This document shows positions 54,960 through 64,000 of a DNA stretch of 64,000 nt, in pieces. A program made the translations under genes and the position numbers. Source of the DNA: Chrysomallon squamiferum (taxonomy: Eukaryota; Animalia; Mollusca); the NCBI GenBank assembly GCA_012295275.1, contig CM022678.1:12400001-12464000 (forward strand), written 5' to 3'. Under the pieces are notes generated by a model. It was not told where the DNA came from. It made no database searches and worked only from the letters and a program-made list of their open reading frames with translations. The first letter of the stretch is position 1; each line of letters starts with the position of its first letter.

Positions 54960-55390
54960 TTTTGTGTTAATTATTGTTATGCTAATTACTATTTTAATTT
55001 TCTGATTTATTTACTACTATATAATGCCAGTTTTGGAATAAGATAAATTTCCAGTTAATAAAGATTTTCTTCAACAGATATCTTAACATGGTTGTTTATG
55101 ATCGTTGCTTGTTACCACCTGTACCATTATACTTCAATGTTTTTCCATTTCATTCCAATTTTTCTTCTTCTTTCTTTCTATTAAAATGATCAATAAATCC
55201 TTCTTTTATTTTAGTCCTTCTGATTCAGATTTTGTTTCGTACATTAAATTGTCCGAAAAGTTTATAATGTAAAATAAAAATAAAAAAATAAAGTTAAGAA
55301 GCTTTTTTTTTAACATGACTTCAAATATATTTTTAAAAATACTGTTCAAAAACCAGAAAGGCAACCCTTCTGGCTCAAAATAAAGGAAAT

Positions 55391-55463
<73 letters not shown>

Positions 55464-58436
55464 ACGTCCAAACAATAACCACTCCCTGCTTACGAGGCAG
55501 TACAGTTCCCTCCCTTGAATCACAATGGCCACCTCCTAGTCTAATTCCACGTGGTTATTTTCGGATTGTTTTTGATTGATTGTGTACTGTTTCAAGCCTT
55601 CTATCAACCATCATCATTATTGTGAATCGAAAACACAGAGGTAGACCTTTGCCATCCCTTTTTTCAGAGGAAATAAGCACTTGAAAGTTGTTATAATTGA
55701 CAGTAAGCGTATTTGTGTACCAAGAAGCAACGAAACTACTGAAAGTAGTGGAAACTAACAGTGCCAAGTGTCAGTGGAATTGAAAATGACATTCCTGAAA
55801 AAGAAAGACCGCACCCACTAGATCTCAGGTGAAAAACGAAGAGCTGTACAAAATAATGAAAGGCAATAACAGTAAATCAGATACTGAAGATGAAACAAGA
55901 GAGTTACAGACTGATTGATGTTGACCTTTTTAGCCGCAACATTTCGTCGCAACTCGTTTGTTATGTTTATCATGGTGGTGTGCAGCTGCTGGAACTAACA
56001 GGATAACGTTTAGATAGTGAATTTTCACATCAATAAAACTGTGGAAGAGCCTGCTTGTTCTGTACAGAAAGAAATCACGTATGCAGGTGTACAATAACTA
56101 ACACAGGGTCTTGTGGCAGTTTGGAGGCCAAAACTGCAAGTGAAATGTTTTCTGTTCTGTAAGTGTAACACAATATAACATTCGCTAACATTTATTTGTC
56201 TTAGGTGTGTACCTAGATAATGAAGTTAAATTTCAAGCACATATGTTTTCTGTTTTCTAAAATGACATATTTTGTTATTGGTGTAGAAACTTTCAGTAGT
56301 ATTTTAATTGTTGATCTTTGTGACTCTACAGGTTTAAGGTTTGTTCCTCTGCTGCTGTGATAGTTGTTGCATTGATGGGAATCATTGTGATTTCAATGAA
56401 CTTTTTGGAAACAGGGCTAGAAAATGTTTTTATTGCCACTCATTGGAGCAAAAACAAATCATATTATATATAATGTTATCAACATTTTTTAAATTGGATT
56501 ATATTTCTTTATTTCTAAATCCAGCTTATACACAAATGATACATATAGCCATACTTTTTTTATTCTAATTATTATGTTTTTAAACCATCAACAGAATATC
56601 AAATACAGTTTTGTTTTTGTACACACATACATATACACACACACCCCTCACTCTCATTTTTTGTAATGCTAGAGAGGGCGAATTTTTTTTATTGAAAACA
56701 GCATCAGTTTATGGATTTTGAAACACTGCAGTTTGTGTTAATGAATTTATTTGTTTTTATATCTATTATTTTAAAAATTATTTTAAATACATTTCTTAGT
56801 AATTCTTTCTGTTTTTCCAAAATATTTAAATTACCTGCTGACTTATTTGATTTATTACTATGTTATTTGTGTTTCAGAATGGATGACAATAAGCCACCTG
56901 AAAATGCAGAGAATGGTTGCAGTGAAAAGGTAAGTAAAGTTTTAATTATGTTTTGTATGGATGTAATGATACAGGAGAAACATGTATTTTCTTTCTTGGA
57001 TGGATAAAGACCAACAAGAGATCTGTTTTTAGACTTAAGTTTTATTTGTATAAGAAACTGTAAATGATAATTAGATTGACAATATACTGTTATCAAGAAA
57101 CAAATTTCTATTTTCTTCTTTTTTCCTTAAATCTTTTCTTAATAGACTGTTGGCAGTTTGTTGGCTAAAATGTTGGTTTTTTTTTTTTGTTCAATAACTC
57201 CAGAAGTAACAATGGTTGTTTGTTGTTGTTGTGGATTTGTTGGTTTTAGTTGTTTGTTTTATTTTTATCATTAATATGCATTTTAACTGTTGAACAATTA
57301 TTTCTTTTTATATCACATTATTATTAGATATTTAAAACTAAATCATTGAGAATATTGTTAACATTTTAGATCTATAACAAACATACCTTCACTTTCTGTG
57401 TTGCCTTCACACATTGGTATTACTAAGAATATTAACTAGCATTACACATTACATATATATTTATTTTCACTCTCCTGTTTTATGATTATGTTTAAAGATG
57501 ATGAATCTAAGGATTAACAGAGAATATGTTTAAAAAACAACAAATATCTTTTCTAATATTTAAAGTTATGTTTAGTTTTTATCTGTATAATTAATTTAAA
57601 TATGTAATGTACTACAGGAAATTAGTAAATCAACATCAATTTTAATGATGTCAATGGATATAACTCTTCAAATATGAGCTCAAGCACAGTTGTTTCCTTT
57701 AATTTGAACATATCTTATTATTAAGACAGTAATAATTAAATTTAATACGGAAATAAATATTCCTTTTTAATATCACATTTTTGTTTTCACTATAAATTAA
57801 TTTATATAATAATGAAAGAAAATATAATTGTTTGATTAATTCCAAGTGATAACTTACTGTAAGATGTTTTTCTTTAATTATTATATATATCATTTTATAT
57901 ATAACAAATTCATAAATACAATTTGTTTTTATTTTGTCCTATGAGATATATTCCTGTCACAGTTTTAGGCTCATCATAAATAATTATTATTAGCCGGCAT
58001 ACCTGCCAAAACAGTCTGCTAGATCATTGTAGAAGTTCAAGATGAAAGAGGAAATAAAAGAGAGAAATGTACTCAGTGAATACAGATGAAACAAACTGTA
58101 AACTGGAAACAATTTTGAGTTTGTTAATTGTGGATGATCCAGCTTTCCTTCCAAAACTGCTAAATAAGTAATTTTGATTTGCAAACTTAATTGTGCAAGC
58201 TGAAAATAAATCTCTTTCTGGTTTTGCAGGTGATTTTGAGAGAAAACCCTGAAGATGACAAATTCATCTGATACGAGAGTAGTCAGACAGTCTGAAGTAA
58301 GTGGTCTGGATATATTTTATAACAATAAATAATAGTAATATGTTTATACATATTTACATATAAATGCAGGGCTCAAAATGGCCTGTCACCAAATGCTACC
58401 AAAGTTCTGTTTGGGTGACAGGGATGTTAAAAAAAA
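53110..58436. repeat. Right arm of the inverted duplication (blocks 53110-53830, 53970-54840, 57910-58436)
   Basis: Reverse-complement matches to 9548-9980, 7380-8133 and 110-605. The ORF track independently shows KITY.A.LEGKLD.PQLTNSK at both 269-463(+) and 57990-58184(-). Confidence 0.9.
55620..56445 (+). mobile_element. Decayed, internally deleted Sola2/Mutator-like (PF20700-type) transposase, apparently with an intron
   Basis: Motifs in order: FRGNKH, SYRLIDVDLF...LVC..H..VQLLE, CLFC..NH.CRCT.TNTGSCGSLEAKTASEMFS, and after an AT-rich GT..AG gap (~56159-56330) GLRF..CD.....K.FYCH. This follows the family pattern YRLID..C..C / C.KN..GSSG.ME...MF.RS..GLRY...GDGDS...K.EC.NH. Confidence 0.65.
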
Positions 58437-58992
58437 AATTTCAGTTCACCAACTTATGAGATGAAGAAATCAAAGTAAGTAAATTTCTGTAATGCATTTA
58501 TTGATAATTTTACTTAAAGATGTGATTTATTTGTTATTTTGGATTAACGATAGCACAATTTGTTTCATTGAAATCCTTCAGTGTGATGAAAAATACTTAT
58601 GTGATAAAAGATTATTTATTCAGTTAGCATAGTTTCTTTGTTTTGGACAGGGTGTATGCTTTTAGTTTTTATTAAATACAATAATAATTCTTCTTTTTCC
58701 ACATTTATGTTAACTTATTATACTAGACAATCTTCACTCAGTTTAGTTTATTATGAAAAGAGATCGGGGCCTGATATTTTACTATTTAAAAAGTTATTTT
58801 ATAGATACAAATGTTAAAACTCACACAAAATATATATCTCATGCAATATACTTAGTCTTTCAGGGATTTTATGGTTTCTGTTTATGAAATGATGTCAAAA
58901 CTAATAAAATGTCTGCTTATTATTTTATTAACATACTTTATAATTTTCAGAGTAATGTCACTTCAGTGTTTTTACATTAGTTTTTGATTGTA

Positions 58993-59024
<32 letters not shown>

Positions 59025-60107
59025 GCATTTATATATTATGCATTTATTTTTGGTATTTTAAATAGACTAAGCTCCTTCAAGATGGACAAATTAACTCTAG
59101 AAGAGAAAAGAGATTGAAGAAAGGTCTTGGGACATTGCTGAAAAGAACATGGACCAAGAACTGCACAACTTAAGTAATGATGTTGAGGTATGTGTGAAAT
59201 CAGTTCATAAAGAAAAACAGATCTATGTTAATTTTGTTGAAGGTGTTTCTGTTAGCTTTAATTATGTGATTCAAATTCATCTTTATTTTAGATATATTTG
59301 TTATCTCTTTAGATTATCTTTCAGTAAATAATTTGAATTGATAACTGCATCATTAGATCTCATTAGAATACAAAACATAAGATTTAGAAAAGGTTATAGT
59401 TCAATTTTTATTTACTATAATTATATTGATTCATGCTGTGTTAATTTATTGAATTGTTTTATAACAAGGAAATGTCAGTATTTACTGAATGACATTCAGA
59501 TCTTTCATCATGTATTATAGAAATTTAAGAAACCAATATACTAAACTGTGGATTTAAACTGTTTATTTTCAGAAGTTAAAATCAGCTAGTTAAGGATAAA
59601 AATATTCAAGAAATTGTTGATAAATACAAAGTCGGATTGACATTTTGGAACAAAGAGCAGCTTGTTTCCAGTAGAGTTGAAGTATTTGGTGCTGTCCAGC
59701 AGGTATTTAAATACATTATTTATTGTAAACCTTTCCATTTTACTTCAATTTTTGACAAAATTCTATGCAAAATATTTTCTCTTATACTGAATTAAGCAGC
59801 CTACATGAAAATATAATACAATAAGGAATAATCATTAAGACAACTCATGAAATGATACAGCAGTTATAAAAATAATGTCCAGATCACACTCTGATTTTAA
59901 GTTCTTTTTACTTTTCTCTATCCTTTTACTTTATTTATTTATTTATTTATTTATAAATATAAAAAGGAGTAATAATTAATAACCAGAGAATTCTACAAAT
60001 AAAAGTGAGGACAAATATATTGTGTGTATTTACAGGAGATGAGACTCAGTTGTACAATGACAATGACTTTATTCTCATAAACTGTAGATTACAGTCCAGA
60101 GAAGAAT
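56878..60107 (+). pseudogene. Decayed multi-exon gene of unknown function, paralogous to the left-end relic
   Basis: Exons 56878-56929 (MDDNKPPENAENGCSEK), 58230-58296, 59066-59187 (LSSFKMDKLTLEEKR/EERSWDIAEKNMDQELHNLSNDVE), 59573-59702 (QLVKDKNIQEIVDKYKVGLTFWNKEQLVSSRVEVFGAVQQ) and 60036-~60107, with frameshifts. Confidence 0.55.
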
Positions 60108-60139
60108 GTATTACAGCTATAAAATAACAAAATTAAAAT

Positions 60140-62745
60140 GTACATATGTAAAAGTTTAACATGGAGGACATTCTTTCACACATAGTTCTTATTAACAAAC
60201 AAAGCTTTTTTAATACAAATATATTTTTACTGTTAAACAAATTGTTACATGAAATTATATTTGGATTTCTCATATACCTTTTCTTGAATTTAAAAACAGG
60301 ATCATCTCCAATTTGTTAAGATTACAGATATGACATGTTCTGTTTTCACTTTGAATAGTAGACTATCGTCCAGTTTCAGTAGGAAGTTTAACATTCATGA
60401 ATCTAAATTTGCATACAGCATTCGCATTCTTTTCAGACAGCAAAGTAAGATAGTTTCCTAATTTCAATCCAACAAGTGATTGAACATGGGCCTTGATTTT
60501 TAAATCTTATCAGATTTGTCTAGCTCTGGGTCTAATTCATTTACACTATGTAGCATAGACCATATTGCTAAGAATCTATCTCTTGTAATAATCTGTGGAA
60601 AAATTGTTCATATCGGTCCTTGTGAATAAGCATTTCCATCACTACTCAACAGCCAAAAAGTGCTTTTATCTCTGTCACAAATCATCATTCCAGAATAATG
60701 TCAAAAAGTCAGCCTGGCTGCTCTCATTATTGATTGGAATATGTTTGGGACTGGAGGGTTCTTTAGGGTTGAATTGTTTTTCACGATGCTCTCTTTTGTC
60801 ATTCATCCACTGACGCTGATCTACATTAGGCTGAGAATTCTGTCACACACCTCAACCACATCCTCAACCACATCCTCTACCACAGTAACACCCACTAACA
60901 GGTTGTAAAACATCACCACCTGGGCTTTGATTATCAGCAGAATCACTTTCACCTTCATTTGTATTCGTGTTATTATTATTTGTATCATTGACAACATCAT
61001 TGTCAATCTTTTCACTTTCAAAATCACTATTATTTCCATATTCCAACACTTCATTCTCATCCTCAGAATCTGACATTATCATTTGTAATGCCTGCTTGGT
61101 TGTCACTTTCTTACCACTCATGTTTATGGCAAAAAATCCTCCAAAAACTGCAATTGTTTGCAAAAACATCATTGAAGCTTCCTGCTGGAAGTATGGCTGA
61201 GTGTACAAGTGGGTATATATACTATATGTTCAGCCAAAAACTGGCTTGGCGGGTTCAAAGGGTTAACATATTCAACCTCTCAAGTTCAAATACATCATCA
61301 GTGATTAAACCACTATATTCTTCCATAATAATAAAATCATTATCATCAGCTGTTGAAGACACCAGTAAGGCAGATCATGTTATACTTATTTAAAAATGAC
61401 AACTATTCATTTTCAAGCTGGACCAAAGCATTGGATGATGAATAATATGAATACAACACCAATTAAAATATTATCATCTGTGTGTAAAAAAACCCACCTT
61501 CTGTGCCCAGCCACATAAAACATTTACACTGATTTGATAATATTTGTATGTTTTAGTAGATAATTTTTTATATATACAACTATACCCCCAGATTTACACT
61601 GAGATAAAGAAACTCTGTTTTTAGCATATATAATAAAGAATACTAATGTATCATAATTAGTGATGGTTTCAAGAAATATAGTATCTCTGAGTTTACTTAC
61701 CAAACCTTACACATTATTTTTAAACTTAAGGAATACTTCTTTATGACTTTTGTTTGGGGTATTTTTACAAATGAGAGAGTTTACTGACATTTGCTCAACA
61801 CTGTTTTCACTTGGTAAAACTTATCCACCTCCGTTGTCCTATTGCACTGAGTGAATTGGCTTTTCTAGATCAGAGTTTAGCCTGTTTTTCTGTCATCTTT
61901 TTGTTTCTGTTGGCCAAGTTGTTATGTTTGTGTTACTGGCTTCTGTAACATACTCTCCTAGTGTAAAGAGCCTGCCCTCGATATACAATATTTTTTCCGT
62001 TTATAGTTGCCTGTGTCTTCCTCATCTTTCTCTGGTATCCAACTAAAGATTAAATTGTCACGCATGAAGTGAGATTTGTAGATCATTGTATTTTGCTCTA
62101 AAGTTTCTAAACTCAGTTTCTAATTTACATATTTGTGGTTCACATACTGTTATTATTATCTCTAAGTTTGCAGTGACAACAGATTTCAAATTTCAGAGAT
62201 CTTTTTTATTCCTTTAAAACTGTTTATTATTGTAATTCATACCTATTTCCATATCTTGCACTTATTTCTTGATATCCATCACTTTACCACTAATGTCTTG
62301 TACAGTTATATCCATACTATTCAGCCATTTCTCAATCAGTTCAAGATTTTTCAATTCATCACACATAACTTTCTAGTCAAAGCATGTGATTTTATACTGA
62401 CGTCTTCATTTTATACTGACATCCGTAATGCTGTCCATGTTGTCCATACTGTGACTGCTGAGACTGTTGAGTTGATGTTGACTGATAAAATGGTGCAGAT
62501 GAACATCCAAGCTCACTGTTCTGTGTATTTGACATCCAGCTTGGCTTTCTCAACTTACATTTTTACTCTTATTTGTTCTCTTTTTACCTTTTTTATTTTC
62601 ATGTTGCATACTCACATATCTTTAGCAATAATTTACATTGAAAAAAACAGATAAAATAACATTTAAAACCATCAAACATTATATATTTTCACAGAGAAAT
62701 GAGAAACACAACTTTCATTTCCATTCACTGTATCAGTAGATGCCC
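60140..62745 (-). mobile_element. Decayed Crack/CR1-type LINE (ORF1, endonuclease and ORF2 C-terminus; RT missing), interrupted by piggyBac
   Basis: ORF1 SHFMRDNLIFSWIPEKDEEDT (~62020-62080). Endonuclease NV*GLVSKLRD..FL..I.NYD, SGGIVVYIK and LTGVFNS (GDFNS-like) at 61270-61720. C-terminal zinc-knuckle region YLTLL..NAVCKFR..VKLPTETGR*..ENRTCHICN at 60150-60468. Confidence 0.85.
60469..61262 (-). mobile_element. piggyBac (PGBD4-like) transposon, 5' half
   Basis: TTAA (61263-61266) is followed on the minus strand by a CCCTTTGAACCC terminus. Acidic N-terminus MSGKKVTTKQALQMIMSDSEDE.., then DFLTLFWNDDL and ITRDRFLAIWSMLH..DKI*KSRPMFNHL. The 3' part is lost. Confidence 0.85.
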
Positions 62746-62759
62746 ACATTACTGCTGCT

Positions 62760-64000
62760 AATTATTTTTATCTCTGTTCTCATTATTTAAACCATCAAGT
62801 TTCAGTTTTGCTATTTCTTTTATAATGTTTGAAGTTCTCTGACCAGGAGCAATCATAGCAGTTTCTTTCCATTTGTTTATTATATGGGATATTTTAGAAA
62901 CTCTTCATCTTTCAGTGATGGATGTGAAATAGTTTCTTCATCATTGCTTAGTGTCATTAAATCTGTGAGGAAGAAACAAGCAGTCATTGTAATGTAACTT
63001 TTGTTAGACACTCCAGGCATCACAACAGATTCTAACAAGATGGAAACAGAACACACTTCTAGCAACTCTGCTGTTTTATTTGGAAACTTAGTTGTAAACA
63101 TCAGAAACAAACAGTCAAACACTAAATAAATGTGTATTTATTGTCACACTGCTTCAAATAGGTACACACATTAATCAGCTGTTTTGTTTGAGTCCAGTGT
63201 TTTCTACACTCAGTCTCACTCTAGCAGTCTTACTAATTTCATTAGGTCACTGTCAAAAGGTGAATCAATGCTGAAACTGCCTTGTTGGAACAAGATCAGC
63301 AGTAGAACCAGGTAATTGATCTCTGAAGGTTTATAATTTTTCCAATTTTCCAGCTGATATGTAACATATTCTACTCAGTTGTTAAAAAATTCAGCTTCTC
63401 TTTTTTTGTGCGTCACATGAGTTAACATAATACACACACACACATCTGAGGAAATCCTAACTGTAGATGAACTGTCAGTGACAGTGTATTTATAATTTAT
63501 AATCATTGTAATATCATTTTGTTCAAGATATTTGTTTATAATTTCTTTCTTTTCATCATAATCCAGACAATAGACATGTCTCTGCAGATCAAGAACATGA
63601 TTCTCATTAAACAGACCAAATTCCTTCAAACTAATTTCACTTTCTGAAAATATTTGTTTTCTTAAAGAAATAATACATTTCAAAAACCATCCTGAACAAG
63701 ATTCCATATCTTTTGAAATTTCATTTTCCATCAGTTATAAAATCTGAAACAAAATTAGTCTTACCAAATATATCATCAATGAGAACAACACATTTCTTAT
63801 TTCTAGAGAGAGAAACAGCTGTAAAAGTCTCTGCAGAAGAAATAGCTGTGATGTTGACTGAGGAATAAACAGCTGTTATTTTAGAAGAAATTGTTGAATT
63901 CTCTTTTATTTTGTCACCCATATTGGCTGACCGGTAAAAAAATAATATGAAACGTGTTATTTAACTCATTTTATTTAATGTTACTGTGGTGAGATGTATA
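62760..64000 (-). pseudogene. nSTAND3-type (novel STAND NTPase 3) gene, decayed, truncated by the window edge
   Basis: Degenerate Walker A (IIFTGQP, ~63925-63945), Walker B VVLIDDIFGK, CIISLRKQIF..LF....LDL..L...EKKEIINKY, GFPQMC, FFN and HPSLKD motifs typical of invertebrate nSTAND3 proteins. Frameshifts and stops. Confidence 0.8.

Noticed and set aside
58367-58436. hAT-like end (CAGGGCTC..) and its counterpart at 110-177 as TIRs of a giant element spanning the window
   Set aside because: Both ends face outward rather than enclosing the interval and no TSD was found. They are simply part of the duplicated block.
60290-60468. Initially read as the piggyBac catalytic region
   Set aside because: The translation CKFR..KLPTETGR..ENRTCHICN is the LINE ORF2 C-terminal zinc-knuckle region.

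Overview
Very AT-rich, microsatellite-rich eukaryotic DNA with GT-AG introns. The gene and TE families (RING-NHL TRIM, nSTAND3, Crack/CR1-type LINE, invertebrate-type EGFR) suggest an invertebrate, probably a mollusc. Only one gene looks intact: a two-coding-exon RING-coiled coil-NHL/beta-propeller TRIM-like E3 ligase that lacks B-boxes (27504-29494). Most other recognisable coding sequence is decayed, intron-containing gene fragments in mixed orientation: an EGFR kinase-only pseudogene, an LRRC75-like LRR plus RRM pseudogene just upstream of it, VPS13D C-terminal exons, EGF exons, a possible fibrinogen-domain exon, an nSTAND3 pseudogene and several orphan exons. TE relics include Gypsy, a Crack/CR1-type LINE with a nested piggyBac, a Sola2/Mutator-like transposase and a hAT MITE with TSD. 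The two ends of the window share colinear inverted homology blocks (about 110-9980 vs 53110-58436) that bracket this mosaic. All homologies and translations were read by eye, no searches were run, and coordinates of decayed features are approximate.
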